Both the position numbers and the translations under genes were made by a program. The notes beneath the pieces are model-generated. The model saw nothing but the letters and a program-made list of their open reading frames with translations, searched no databases and was not told where the DNA came from. Positions 47,143-57,672 of a DNA stretch of 64,000 nucleotides are shown piece after piece (the first letter of the stretch is position 1; the number at the start of each line of letters is the position of its first letter). Source of the stretch: an uncultured Eubacteriales bacterium (GTDB taxonomy: Bacteria; Bacillota; Clostridia; Christensenellales; CAG-138); assembly GCA_902761365.1 (NCBI GenBank), contig CACWJZ010000011.1, forward strand, positions 6,210 to 70,209, given 5' to 3'.

Positions 47143-47859
47143 ATGACTTCAGCAATTATTATTGCCGGGGGGTCTGGCGCAAGAATGGGACAAGACATTC
47201 CGAAGCAGTTTATCAATGTGTATGATAAGCCTATTTTGATTTACACATTGGAGGGATTTCAGAAACATCCGATGATAGACACCATTGAAGTTGTATGTAT
47301 TGATGGGTGGCATGATATTCTGTGGGCGTATGCCAGACAGTTTAACATCGACAAATTAAAATGGGTGATTTCTGGTGGCAAGACGGGTCAGGAGTCCATC
47401 AGGAACGGTGTTTATAATCTGGAAGGAAAAGTTTCGAGTGAGGACATTATTGTAATCCATGACGGCATTCGGCCACTTGTGGATGAGACTGTCTTGACGG
47501 ATGTCATCAGAAAAGCGCAGAAGTATGGTAATGCGGTAACATCCATGCCATACAATGAACAGATTTTTGTGATCGATGACGAGATTAGTACAACAAAGTT
47601 CATCCCGCGGGAAACGCTTCGGCGCGTTGCAACGCCGCAGGCTTATCGCTTTGATTTAATCAATGCCAAGTATCATGAAGCGTACGAAAAGGAGATTGGT
47701 ATCTACGGTTCTCATTATACAAACACTATGATGGTAGAACTGGGCGTAAGGCTGTACTTCGCGGCTGGTTCTGACAAGAACATCAAATTGACCACAAAGG
47801 ACGATTTGGAAATGTTCAAGGCGTATCTGAAGTCTGACAAAGATAATTGGTTAAAATAA
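47143..47859 (+). CDS. tarI: IspD/TarI-family cytidylyltransferase (probable D-ribitol-5-phosphate cytidylyltransferase)
   Basis: AIIIAGGSGARMGQDIPKQF, ISGGKTGQESIRNG, VIHDGIRP. Confidence 0.75.
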   Translation: MTSAIIIAGGSGARMGQDIPKQFINVYDKPILIYTLEGFQKHPMIDTIEVVCIDGWHDILWAYARQFNIDKLKWVISGGKTGQESIRNGVYNLEGKVSSEDIIVIHDGIRPLVDETVLTDVIRKAQKYGNAVTSMPYNEQIFVIDDEISTTKFIPRETLRRVATPQAYRFDLINAKYHEAYEKEIGIYGSHYTNTMMVELGVRLYFAAGSDKNIKLTTKDDLEMFKAYLKSDKDNWLK

Positions 47860-47870
47860 GGACGATAGAA

Positions 47871-48935
47871 ATGAATTTATACACAAACGAGCTTTACATG
47901 GAAGATGTACGGGAGGTTGGCAAGATAGACCTTCCGTGGGAAAAGTTAAGGAACAGAAGTCTCATGCTCTCAGGTGCTACCGGTCTTCTTGGAAGCTTTC
48001 TTGTTGATGTAATTATGGAAAAAAACGTCACAGATAATCTTAACTGTACCCTTTATGCACTTGGGCGAAGCGAGCAGAAGGTGAAGGAGCGCTTTTTAAA
48101 ATTTACGGATGACAGCCATTTCATCTTTATTTCCTATGATGTAAAGCAGGCTTTTACATGCGATGATCTGGTCACATCACCAGTGGATTATATTTTGCAT
48201 CTCGCGTCGAATACCCACCCTGTGCAATATTCCATGGATCCAATCGGAACGATAGCAACCAATATAATCGGACTCCAAAATATGCTTGATTTTGCTGTTA
48301 AACATAAAGCGGTTCGTTTTGCGTTTGCTTCTTCCAATGAGATTTATGGGGAAAATCGTGGTGATGTTGATACATTTGATGAGCGGTACTGTGGCTATAT
48401 CGATTCTAATACGCTTAGAGCGGGTTATCCTGAATCAAAGCGTTGTGGTGAGGCGTTATGCCAGGCGTATCGGTCACAGAAGGGGCTCGACGTTGTGATT
48501 CCCCGCTTCACCCGTTCGTACGGCCCGACAATGTTGATGTCTGATACAAAAGCCATAAGTCAGTTTATTAAGAAGGGCATTGAAGGAGAAGATGTTGTTT
48601 TAAAATCTGCGGGGACGCAGTATTACAGTTATACGTACGTCGCGGACGCTGTTAGCGGATTGCTTACCATCCTTTTGAAGGGGAAGTGTGGTGAAGCATA
48701 CAATATTGCGGATGAGGCGTCGGATATAATGCTCAAGGATGTTGCGGCGATCATCGCGGGAATCAATGGTAAAGAGGTCGTTTTTGAAACCCCAGATGCT
48801 ATCGAGGTCTTGGGATACAGTGTTGTGACCAAGGCAAGGCTTAATGGCAGTAAATTACAGGCTTTGGGATGGAAGCCAAGAATGAATATTAAAACCGGTT
48901 TGACACGTACGATAAAGATACTTCAGGAATTGTAA
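47871..48935 (+). CDS. NAD(P)-dependent SDR (epimerase/dehydratase fold), candidate ribulose-5-P reductase partner of TarI
   Basis: SGATGLLGSFL Rossmann motif and YPESKRCGE (YxxxK). The functional pairing is an inference from Bcs1/Acs1-type fusions. Confidence 0.65.
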   Translation: MNLYTNELYMEDVREVGKIDLPWEKLRNRSLMLSGATGLLGSFLVDVIMEKNVTDNLNCTLYALGRSEQKVKERFLKFTDDSHFIFISYDVKQAFTCDDLVTSPVDYILHLASNTHPVQYSMDPIGTIATNIIGLQNMLDFAVKHKAVRFAFASSNEIYGENRGDVDTFDERYCGYIDSNTLRAGYPESKRCGEALCQAYRSQKGLDVVIPRFTRSYGPTMLMSDTKAISQFIKKGIEGEDVVLKSAGTQYYSYTYVADAVSGLLTILLKGKCGEAYNIADEASDIMLKDVAAIIAGINGKEVVFETPDAIEVLGYSVVTKARLNGSKLQALGWKPRMNIKTGLTRTIKILQEL

Positions 48936-49476
48936 TGTGTTTGTAAAAAGATAAATGATAGGAAAGAATGAGGAAGGATGGAACCGACTTTTCGTGTTCT
49001 GTCCGTTAGTTAAAAGCAATAAACATGAAAAGGTTGATCAGAGTAATAATTTCACCAAAGTCTTTATAAACTGAACCATTCCAGAACGATGCCGGGGTAT
49101 TAATGAACCGATTGGTATGGAACCAATAGATTTTGTGCCTCTATGAATCGAGCAGCCTGCTTTGTAACATTAGTAAGTTGTGTTTCCTTGAAATGATTTA
49201 GCATATCCTCTTTGAGCAAACTACACATTTCCGGTCGAAACAATCTTATGGATTGCGGAGAGGATAACGGTGACGAGGTTTTTTAGACTATTGTATTAAT
49301 ATATGTGTTTTTAATACCAGTAAATATGCTAGTTGAGATTTTAAAATTCTTTTTGACTGCACTTTTGTATGTTGTAATATGCGTCTTTTTAAGCTTATCA
49401 TATTAAGAAAGGCCACTGCATGTCTGCAAATTTTTTACCTAGACACAAAGCAGTTGGAATGGTTGAGTAGCATAAT

Positions 49477-50373
49477 ATGAAAACGCATGATGATGGCTTT
49501 ACTTTTATTACTGTAACATATAATCATGAACTTTATATTATAGAGCATCTAAACAGTATAAAAGATATTATAGCCGGTTTTGGGAAAGGAAGAATAATTG
49601 ATTTGATCATATCAGATGACTGTTCAAAAGATAAGACCGTGGTGTTAGCTTTAGAATGGTTAGAATCAAATCGACAATATTTTAGGAATGTAAAAACGCT
49701 GGTATCCGATCATAACTGTGGGATAATAAGAAATTTAAATAAGGCCATCAACGAAGTCGATACATCGGATTTCAAATTTTTAGCAGGGGATGATAAATAT
49801 CTATATAAAGATATTTTCACATTGATAAAAACCATTGGATTTGATGAAATTGTTGCGACACCAACTGTTCCGTTCGGGGGACATAATGATAACTGTGATT
49901 TGATAGAAAGATATCGCGCTCTACTTTTGGCATCGAAAACAAATCACGTTAAACAACTTCAAAAGTATGATAATTTTATCCAGGCACCAGGTGTATTTTA
50001 TCGGGGCTATATTTTTCAAGACAGCGGGTTTTGGAATTACTTAATGTCGTATAGAAATATTGAAGATATTCCCATGTGGCAATATTTTTTATTTTGTAAA
50101 AATTTTAACATTAAAGTTTTGAATACGCCATATATCCGTTATCGCTTGAATTCAGGAGTTTCGACATCAAAAATGCATGATTTATCGAGTACCTACAATG
50201 AGGAACTGTTTAGAATCAGGAAAGAATTAAAAATCAAGAGACATGATTCTTATAAGTATTTAAATGTATACAGATACATTGCACAGATAAATCGATTATT
50301 ATTGTATGCGCAAAAGGAGAAAATTAATCAATGGATTGGAAATGACCCTTTGTTAGAAATGTATAAGATTTAG
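49477..50373 (+). CDS. GT2-family glycosyltransferase
   Basis: FTFITVTYNHELYIIEHLNSI...LIISDDCSKDKT...FLAGDDKY. Confidence 0.65.
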   Translation: MKTHDDGFTFITVTYNHELYIIEHLNSIKDIIAGFGKGRIIDLIISDDCSKDKTVVLALEWLESNRQYFRNVKTLVSDHNCGIIRNLNKAINEVDTSDFKFLAGDDKYLYKDIFTLIKTIGFDEIVATPTVPFGGHNDNCDLIERYRALLLASKTNHVKQLQKYDNFIQAPGVFYRGYIFQDSGFWNYLMSYRNIEDIPMWQYFLFCKNFNIKVLNTPYIRYRLNSGVSTSKMHDLSSTYNEELFRIRKELKIKRHDSYKYLNVYRYIAQINRLLLYAQKEKINQWIGNDPLLEMYKI

Positions 50374-50442
50374 CTGTAGCGTACATATGTCAAATGGATT
50401 GGAAATGTGTTTCATATATTTCTATGAATGAGGTGTTCGTAT

Positions 50443-51537
50443 ATGAAAATTCCCTTTGTTTCTTTTCTTCCCATGGAGTATGAGCTAGATGATGAATTGA
50501 AAGGTGCATTCAACCGTGTACTTACGCGCTCTTGGTATATCGAAGGCGTAGAAGATCAATCCTTTGAACAAGCTTTTTCATCTTACTGTGGCTCAAAATA
50601 CTGTATCGGCGTTGGTAATGGGTTGGATGCTTTGATGTTGAGTCTTAAAGCGCTTGGCATAGGTGACGGTGACGAGGTTATTGTCCCATCCAATACCTAT
50701 ATAGCTACTGCTCTTGCTGTTACTTATGTGGGCGCTACTCCTGTGTTTGTAGAGCCAGATATCAGAACCTTCAACATCAATCCGGCCCTAATTGAAAATG
50801 CAGTCACAGTAAAAACTAAAGCTATCATGCCAGTACATCTCTACGGCCAAGCTTGTGATATGGATCCGATTATGGCTATTGCGAAGAAGCATGACTTGAA
50901 GGTTGTGGAAGACTGTGCTCAGGCACACGGAGCTACATACAAAGGACAGAAGGTTGGCACATTCGGCGATGTCTCTGGGTTTTCTTTCTATCCTGGAAAA
51001 AACTTAGGAGCTCTTGGCGACGCGGGTGCTGTTGTGACGAATGATAAGGATTTGGCTGATAAGATCCGGGTATTAGGTAACTACGGCTCTGATTATAAGT
51101 ATCATCATATCTACAAGGGCAATAACAGCAGGCTGGATGAACTACAGGCTGCCTTTTTAGCAGCAAAGCTTCCTCATCTCGATAGAATGAATGAAGAGCG
51201 GAGAAGGATTGCTTATCTTTTTAGTTCTGGCATAAAGAATGAGAAAATAATTCTGCCATATGTTAATCCGGATTGTGTTCCTGTATGGCATGTCTACGGA
51301 ATTCGTTGTGCCCAACGAGATGACTTAGAAAAATATCTTAATGAGCGAGGCATAGGCACGAATAAGCACTATCCAATCCCAATGCATCTACAGGAGTGCT
51401 ATATGGATCTTAACATATCGCAGGGGTCATTACCTATAGCAGAAGAGATAAGTGCAACAGAACTTAGCATCCCAATGTATTATGGGATAAATGATGATGA
51501 AATACATTATATTATTGACGTTATTAATTGTTTTTAA
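50443..51537 (+). CDS. DegT-family aminotransferase (FdtB/QdtB-like dTDP-3-keto-6-deoxyhexose transaminase)
   Basis: [42 protein letters not shown]. Confidence 0.8.
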   Translation: MKIPFVSFLPMEYELDDELKGAFNRVLTRSWYIEGVEDQSFEQAFSSYCGSKYCIGVGNGLDALMLSLKALGIGDGDEVIVPSNTYIATALAVTYVGATPVFVEPDIRTFNINPALIENAVTVKTKAIMPVHLYGQACDMDPIMAIAKKHDLKVVEDCAQAHGATYKGQKVGTFGDVSGFSFYPGKNLGALGDAGAVVTNDKDLADKIRVLGNYGSDYKYHHIYKGNNSRLDELQAAFLAAKLPHLDRMNEERRRIAYLFSSGIKNEKIILPYVNPDCVPVWHVYGIRCAQRDDLEKYLNERGIGTNKHYPIPMHLQECYMDLNISQGSLPIAEEISATELSIPMYYGINDDEIHYIIDVINCF

Positions 51538-51551
51538 GGTGGGGAAAAAGA

Positions 51552-52412
51552 ATGGCTAATTCAGATTGGGGAAAGAATGTAGTTCTTGGCGAGAATGTTA
51601 AGATTGGCAAAAACGTCATCTTAAATCATAACTGTATTGTAGAAGACAATGTCATAATAGGCGATAATTCTTTTGTTGATAGTAATAGTATCATTAGGAG
51701 TTTTTCGAATATTGGAGCTTTTAGTAATATAGGAAGCAACTGTATCATAGGTGAGTATTGGATGGATTACTACAATGATCATCAGAAGCATGAGCATCCG
51801 TTGATTATTGGTCAAAATGCGCTTATTCGCAGCGGCTCAATTATTTATGCAGGATCTTCCATTGGGAATCATTTCCAAACAGGGCATCAGGTTACGATTA
51901 GAGAGAAAGCTCAAATCGGTAATAATGTAAGTATAGGGACACTATCAGATATTCAAGGTAATTGTAAGATTGGCAATTATGTTAGGCTGCATTCAAATGT
52001 ACACATAGGCCAGCTATCTGTGATTGATGATTTCGTTTGGATTTTTCCTTACGTCGTTTTAACAAATGATCCGACGCCGCCATCAGAGAATTTTGTCGGA
52101 GTACACGTCCACTCGTTTGCAATAGTTGCGACAGGATCAATTATCATGCCAGGTTTGGATCTTGGTCAGGATTGTTTGATTGGTGCTGGAGCGATTGTAA
52201 CAAAATCTGTTGAACCATATGCTGTGGTAGTAGGAAATCCAGCTAAGAAAGTATCTGATGTGAGGAAAGTGAAGAACAAAATCACAGGCGAACTAGTATA
52301 TCCTTGGAGAGAGCATTTTGCAAATTATATGCCTTGGGATGGTATTGGATTTGACAATTGGTATGCTTCATTGTCATTAAAAAACAAGGATCATTTAGCA
52401 ATCGTTGATTAA
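51552..52412 (+). CDS. Left-handed beta-helix (hexapeptide) acyltransferase
   Basis: Repeated [LIV]G-x4 hexapeptides throughout (VVLGENVKIGKNVILNHNCIVEDNVIIGDNS...). Confidence 0.75.
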   Translation: MANSDWGKNVVLGENVKIGKNVILNHNCIVEDNVIIGDNSFVDSNSIIRSFSNIGAFSNIGSNCIIGEYWMDYYNDHQKHEHPLIIGQNALIRSGSIIYAGSSIGNHFQTGHQVTIREKAQIGNNVSIGTLSDIQGNCKIGNYVRLHSNVHIGQLSVIDDFVWIFPYVVLTNDPTPPSENFVGVHVHSFAIVATGSIIMPGLDLGQDCLIGAGAIVTKSVEPYAVVVGNPAKKVSDVRKVKNKITGELVYPWREHFANYMPWDGIGFDNWYASLSLKNKDHLAIVD

Positions 52413-52448
52413 TTTTTGTAATATCTTGTGAAACAGAGACGGATTTAT

Positions 52449-53372
52449 ATGCATTTAAGACGAATAGGATTAAAAGATTTATCGTTTATAAAATTATGGA
52501 TGGCTGATAAAACTATTTCCGCATTGTATCAGCAATGGACTCGCGATAGCTCAGATGATGGGATTGTGAACCTAATTAAATCATCTATAGCAGACACGTC
52601 AGAATTACACTTGATAATAGCTTCTCATGATGATGAATGCATGGGGATCGTGAGTCTATTCAATATAGAAAATGGTTCTGCAGAATTGGCTATTTATGTA
52701 AAGCCAAAAGCTAGGCATAAAGGATATGCGTGGTTCGGGATGGAAGAGATAACTAAGAAGGCTTTTAATGAGCTTGGTTTGGAATCTGTTTATTGGTGCG
52801 TATCAAGAGAAAATAGCAGAGCAGTTAGGTTCTATGATAAGCACAACTATAATGAAATCCATGATGTCCCTCAGATTGTTCTGAAGAGGCATTCAGGAAC
52901 TAAAAACCTTAAATGGTATTCTATCTTCAAAGACGATGAATTAAGTTTACCTGAGAGAGTATGTGGCTGCAAGGTGATCCAGATCAAGACGATTCCCACT
53001 GCTGATGCTGGAGAGTTGTCTTTTTTTGAGGGTACAAAAGAGATTCCGTTTAGTATTAAGCGTATCTATTATATTTCAAAAGTGCCGGAAGGTGTTCGCC
53101 GTGGTTTTCACGCGCACAAGGAATTGAAACAGCTTCTTTTTTGTCCATACGGACGAATCCAGTTGGTTCTTGAAAACCGACGTGGAAGAGAAGAAATTGA
53201 GCTTTCTGATCCAAGTATAGGTGTCATTATTGAAGAGTGTACTTGGAGAGAAATGTTGTGGCTGCAAAAAGATTCCGTTTTATGTGTAGCAGCATCGGAT
53301 TTCTATGATATCGGAGACTACATCCGAAATTATGATGAATTCAAGAAACACATTGCAAGCACCACAACTTAA
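52449..53372 (+). CDS. Fusion protein: N-terminal GNAT acetyltransferase plus C-terminal FdtA/QdtA/WxcM-like cupin isomerase
   Basis: GNAT segment ...GIVSLFNIENGSAELAIYVKPKARHKGYA...RAVRFYDKHNY. Cupin segment ELSFFEG..IPFSIKRIYYI..VP.GVRRGFHAHKELKQLLFCPYG.... Confidence 0.7.
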   Translation: MHLRRIGLKDLSFIKLWMADKTISALYQQWTRDSSDDGIVNLIKSSIADTSELHLIIASHDDECMGIVSLFNIENGSAELAIYVKPKARHKGYAWFGMEEITKKAFNELGLESVYWCVSRENSRAVRFYDKHNYNEIHDVPQIVLKRHSGTKNLKWYSIFKDDELSLPERVCGCKVIQIKTIPTADAGELSFFEGTKEIPFSIKRIYYISKVPEGVRRGFHAHKELKQLLFCPYGRIQLVLENRRGREEIELSDPSIGVIIEECTWREMLWLQKDSVLCVAASDFYDIGDYIRNYDEFKKHIASTTT

Positions 53373-53410
53373 GGGGGCTATAATGTCATCGAAACAAGAG
53401 AGGGCATTGA

Positions 53411-54847
53411 ATGAGCAGATTGAAAGAGAAATGGAAAGCAATCCCACTGGCTGTTAAAGTGTCTTCAGCTTATGCTTTGTGCAGCATATTTCAGCGTTGC
53501 CTTTCCTTTATCACGATGCCCTTGTTCACGAGGCTTTTGACAGAGGAACAGTATGGTCAGGTAACGGTATATCAATCATGGCAAGGAATATTGTCGATTC
53601 TCCTAACCTTAAATTTGGCTTATGGTTCTTTTTCTACAGCGATGGTTAAGTTTGAGGACGACAGAGAGGGATATATTAGTTCAATAGAAGGCATTTGCAT
53701 AGCTCTATCATTAGTTTTCTGTTTAGTTTATTTACCATTTCAGAAGCTTTGGAACAAGTTGTTTGAGCTTCCTACTTACATTATGTGCATCATGGTTGTC
53801 GAGACGCTTGGAACAACAGCTCTTCTTCTTTGGAACGGCAAGAAACGGTTCGAGTTTAAGTATAAAGCTGTTGTTGGAATCACGTTGGCTGTATCTGTGC
53901 TTTCGCCAATCATTCAGTATGTCCTGGTATCCACACATGATGAAAAAGGATATGCAAGGATAATCGGTTCAGCTGCTGTCCATATAGTGGTTGGATGTTT
54001 CTTCTTTTTCTGGAACAGCATAAAAGGAAGGAAGATGTTCAACAAGAAGTATTGGAAGTACGCATTAGGATTTAATATTCCACTTTTAGCCTACTATTTA
54101 TCGCAGATCATCTTTAATCAGAGTGATCGGATTATGATCAGCCATATGGTTGGAACGGATAAAGCGGCGATTTATGGTGTGGCTTACAGCCTCGCTATGG
54201 TGCTTACATTTGTGTTGAATGCAATTAATAATTCTTACGTTCCATGGTATTATGGAAAAATCAAAGAAGGAAGGATGAAGGATAATAGAACCGTTTCACT
54301 TGGCATTGCTGGAATCATGGCGTTGTTGTTATTAGGCGTTATTTGGTTTGCCCCAGAGATTATTCTGATCATGGCTGGAGAAAAATATGCTGAAGCTGTT
54401 TACGTGGTTCCACCTGTGGCTATAAGTTTGCTCCTTCTGTTTTATACTCAGTTGTTTGCAAATGTTGAATTCTATTATGAAGAGAAGAAAAAACTGGTGT
54501 GGGCATCGATAGGAGCAGCGGTAGTTAACTTGGTTCTCAATTGGGTTTTCATTCAGCTCTATGGTTTTGTGGCAGCGGCATATACAACTTTGGCAAGTTA
54601 TATCATTTTTGCATTTGCAAATTATATAGCTATGAAACAAGTGCTGAAAGAACATGAAATAGAAGATGAAGGGTATAATTATATGGGGTTGCTTGGGTTG
54701 CTTTTAGGCTTTGGGGCTGTATCTGCCATTGGCGCATTATGTTATGGATCACTTATAACAAGAATAATAGTGGCGACTACAGCACTAATAGTTTTATTTT
54801 GTAAAAGAAGATATTTTTTCGAACTGCTTAAAACAATAAAGCGTTAG
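53411..54847 (+). CDS. wzx: Wzx-type oligosaccharide flippase (MOP superfamily)
   Basis: 478 aa with about 12-14 TM segments. N-terminus ...SFITMPLFTRLLTEEQYGQ is typical of polysaccharide biosynthesis flippases. Confidence 0.75.
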   Translation: MSRLKEKWKAIPLAVKVSSAYALCSIFQRCLSFITMPLFTRLLTEEQYGQVTVYQSWQGILSILLTLNLAYGSFSTAMVKFEDDREGYISSIEGICIALSLVFCLVYLPFQKLWNKLFELPTYIMCIMVVETLGTTALLLWNGKKRFEFKYKAVVGITLAVSVLSPIIQYVLVSTHDEKGYARIIGSAAVHIVVGCFFFFWNSIKGRKMFNKKYWKYALGFNIPLLAYYLSQIIFNQSDRIMISHMVGTDKAAIYGVAYSLAMVLTFVLNAINNSYVPWYYGKIKEGRMKDNRTVSLGIAGIMALLLLGVIWFAPEIILIMAGEKYAEAVYVVPPVAISLLLLFYTQLFANVEFYYEEKKKLVWASIGAAVVNLVLNWVFIQLYGFVAAAYTTLASYIIFAFANYIAMKQVLKEHEIEDEGYNYMGLLGLLLGFGAVSAIGALCYGSLITRIIVATTALIVLFCKRRYFFELLKTIKR

Positions 54848-54863
54848 TTTATAGGGAGCAATA

Positions 54864-56114
54864 ATGTGCATGAATGTTCAGAATAGAAGGCCTCAAAAAA
54901 GGATTGCGTCGTTTATAAAAAAATGCTTGAGATATACATATCAACACATAATTGATATTCCTGTTTCGAACAAGCAAATAACCAAGTTAAAAAAGCATAA
55001 AACATTAAAAACTGGAAGAATCAAAGTAGGGTTTATAGTACAAGTGCCTGAGTTGTGGAGCAAACAGGTGGATGTCTTTAATACTATGCTGAGAGATACT
55101 TTCTTTGATCCTTGGTTGATAATTGTACCACCATATAATTTTGGAAAGTGTAGGCTTGACGAGTTCGGTGAGGAAAAGGAGTTTTTTATCAACGCATCAC
55201 AAGGAAAATTTTTACTTGCTAGAGAAAATGGAAAATGGCGAGATATTAGAAACGATGAATTCGACTATGTATTTTATCAGAGGCCATATGATAACTATCT
55301 GCCTGATTCTTTTAGGAGCTTACATACATCAAGATATACAAGGATTTGTTATATCCCTTATGCTACCCCTGAAATGAAAGACACAACAATTTATCCGTAT
55401 GAATTCTTCAAGAATATTTATTTGGGATTCATGGAGGATGAACACGCAGCACAGTTGAACAATCGTAGATTTCATGATAAAACAAACACAAGGTTTTTAA
55501 ATATTGGCTATCCACCATTTCAAAGATGTCTGTCAATAAACTCCCGTTGTAATTATAAAATGGTATTATGGGCTCCCCGTTGGAGCTATGATCCTATTGT
55601 TGGCGGAAGTCATTTTTTTGAATATGTAGATAAATTGACAGGCTATCCTTGGGGCGAAATTGGTTTTATGGTTAGACCACATCCATTGATGTGGAGTAAT
55701 TTTTTGAAAGAAAAGATAATTAGTGAAAGAGAAATTGTTGAGATTCAGAACAAATGGAAAGAATTAGGTATTTTAATTGACAAGAATCGCGAAATAGAAA
55801 GAACGTTTGAAACTGTTGACATCCTTATTTCCGATCGATCTTCGATAATTCCAATGTTCTTTCTAACTGGGAAACCTATAGTTTTCTGCCCTCCGGAAAA
55901 AGCTGATTATAGCTTCATTTTTAAAACCATCATACCAGGATTGTATATTGCGAATAACGAAAATGAGCTGACAAGCATGCTTTCTTCCTTATTAGCTGGA
56001 GAAGATCCGCTGAAAGAGAACCGTGAAGAAATAATAAAAAGTGATTTTGTTCAACACAGTAGTGCCATAATGAACATTATTACTATGCTAAAGAAAGATA
56101 GTAGTTATGAATAA
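54864..56114 (+). CDS. CDP-glycerol glycerophosphotransferase (TagB/TagF) family protein
   Basis: VLWAPRWSYD (compare the LYAPTWR motif) and DILISDRSSIIPMFFLTGKPIVF. It is adjacent to tagD. Confidence 0.65.
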   Translation: MCMNVQNRRPQKRIASFIKKCLRYTYQHIIDIPVSNKQITKLKKHKTLKTGRIKVGFIVQVPELWSKQVDVFNTMLRDTFFDPWLIIVPPYNFGKCRLDEFGEEKEFFINASQGKFLLARENGKWRDIRNDEFDYVFYQRPYDNYLPDSFRSLHTSRYTRICYIPYATPEMKDTTIYPYEFFKNIYLGFMEDEHAAQLNNRRFHDKTNTRFLNIGYPPFQRCLSINSRCNYKMVLWAPRWSYDPIVGGSHFFEYVDKLTGYPWGEIGFMVRPHPLMWSNFLKEKIISEREIVEIQNKWKELGILIDKNREIERTFETVDILISDRSSIIPMFFLTGKPIVFCPPEKADYSFIFKTIIPGLYIANNENELTSMLSSLLAGEDPLKENREEIIKSDFVQHSSAIMNIITMLKKDSSYE

Positions 56115-56198
56115 CCTATTAAACATATGGATATGCATTGATTTGAGCACATGTTACAATTGAGCATTTTTTTAATTTAAATATATTTGGAGGTAATC

Positions 56199-56606
56199 AT
56201 GAAAAAGGTAATAACAGTTGGAGTGTTTGATTATTTTCATTTGGGACATCTTAGATTGTTTGAAAATGCAAAAAGGCTGGGAGATCATTTAATTGTTGCT
56301 GTTCAAGATGGGTCTAACATTCAAAAGACAAAACCTGAAACTAGTGTCTTATATTCTACAGAGCAAAGGGTAGATCTCGTTAAAGCCCTTAGAGTTGTTG
56401 ATGAAGTTATCATTTATCAAGATGTTGATACATTATTGCCCGAAGTCGATTTTGATATATTTGCAATTGGCGAAGATCAAAAACATGCTGGTTTTCAAAG
56501 AGCAGTAAAGTGGTGTGAAGAAAATGGAAAAAAGGTTATTAGATTACCGAGAACTCCAGGAATTTGTTCCTCTAACATAAAAAAGCGGTTAGAATCACTA
56601 CAATGA
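56199..56606 (+). CDS. tagD: Glycerol-3-phosphate cytidylyltransferase
   Basis: MKKVITVGVFDYFHLGHLRLFENAKRLGD..., C-terminal ...ICSSNIKKRL. GGAGG RBS. Confidence 0.85.
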   Translation: MKKVITVGVFDYFHLGHLRLFENAKRLGDHLIVAVQDGSNIQKTKPETSVLYSTEQRVDLVKALRVVDEVIIYQDVDTLLPEVDFDIFAIGEDQKHAGFQRAVKWCEENGKKVIRLPRTPGICSSNIKKRLESLQ

Positions 56607-56774
56607 TTCGCTATAGAGACTTGAAGCATAGGTTTGCAATTTTGATTTAAACTAATTGTATTTGTTATATCTTTTTATGCAATATGAGAATTGAGTGAAT
56701 TAGCCAAAAAGCACAATGAAGTGCACATACTGTTCTGATATACCATAGATAACAGAAAGGAGCAAGGATAATAC

Positions 56775-57659
56775 ATGAAAGGTATTATTTTAGCAGGTGG
56801 AGCAGGGACCCGTCTCTATCCACTAACAATGGTAACGAGTAAACAGCTTTTGCCTATTTACGACAAGCCAATGATTTATTATCCCTTGTCTACTCTCATG
56901 TTGGCAGGGATCAAGGATATCCTGATTATCTCAACACCTACTGACACTCCTCGATTTGAGGCTTTGCTTGGAAAAGGCACTCAGTTTGGCGTATCCTTAT
57001 CATACTGTATCCAACCCAGCCCAGATGGTCTTGCTCAGGCTTTTATCCTAGGAGAAGAGTTCATTGGTGATGATACTTGTGCTATGGTCCTTGGTGATAA
57101 TATCTTCTATGGTGGTGGATTAACAGAGGTGCTTAGAAAAGCGGTTGATAATGCAGAAACGGGGAAAGCAACAATTTTTGGCTACTATGTGGATGATCCA
57201 GAACGCTTTGGTATAATGGAATTTGATGAGAATTGGAACATATTATCTGTCGAGGAAAAACCTCAGAATCCAAAGTCAAATTATTGTATTACGGGTCTAT
57301 ATTTTTATCCGAAGGGTGTGTCAAAGAAGGCGAAAACCATTAAACCTTCCGCACGAGGTGAATTAGAAATAACCACACTTAATGATATATACTTAAAAGA
57401 AGGTGGATTAAAAGGACAAATTTTAGGGCGAGGTTTTGCATGGCTTGATACCGGGACGATGGACAGTTTAGTTGAGGCGACAACATTCGTACAGATCACG
57501 GAGAAAAGGCAAGGAGTAAAAATATCAGCTCCAGAAGAAATTGCATTTCGCAAAGGATGGATCAATAAAGAACAATTGATGATTTCAGCAGACAAATATG
57601 GGAAAAGCCCTTACGGACAGCATCTTAGAAATGTTGCAAACGGGACATTGAGATATTGA
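56775..57659 (+). CDS. rfbA: Glucose-1-phosphate thymidylyltransferase
   Basis: [18 protein letters not shown]...[18 protein letters not shown].... Confidence 0.95.
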   Translation: MKGIILAGGAGTRLYPLTMVTSKQLLPIYDKPMIYYPLSTLMLAGIKDILIISTPTDTPRFEALLGKGTQFGVSLSYCIQPSPDGLAQAFILGEEFIGDDTCAMVLGDNIFYGGGLTEVLRKAVDNAETGKATIFGYYVDDPERFGIMEFDENWNILSVEEKPQNPKSNYCITGLYFYPKGVSKKAKTIKPSARGELEITTLNDIYLKEGGLKGQILGRGFAWLDTGTMDSLVEATTFVQITEKRQGVKISAPEEIAFRKGWINKEQLMISADKYGKSPYGQHLRNVANGTLRY

Positions 57660-57672
57660 CGGAGGAAAAAGA

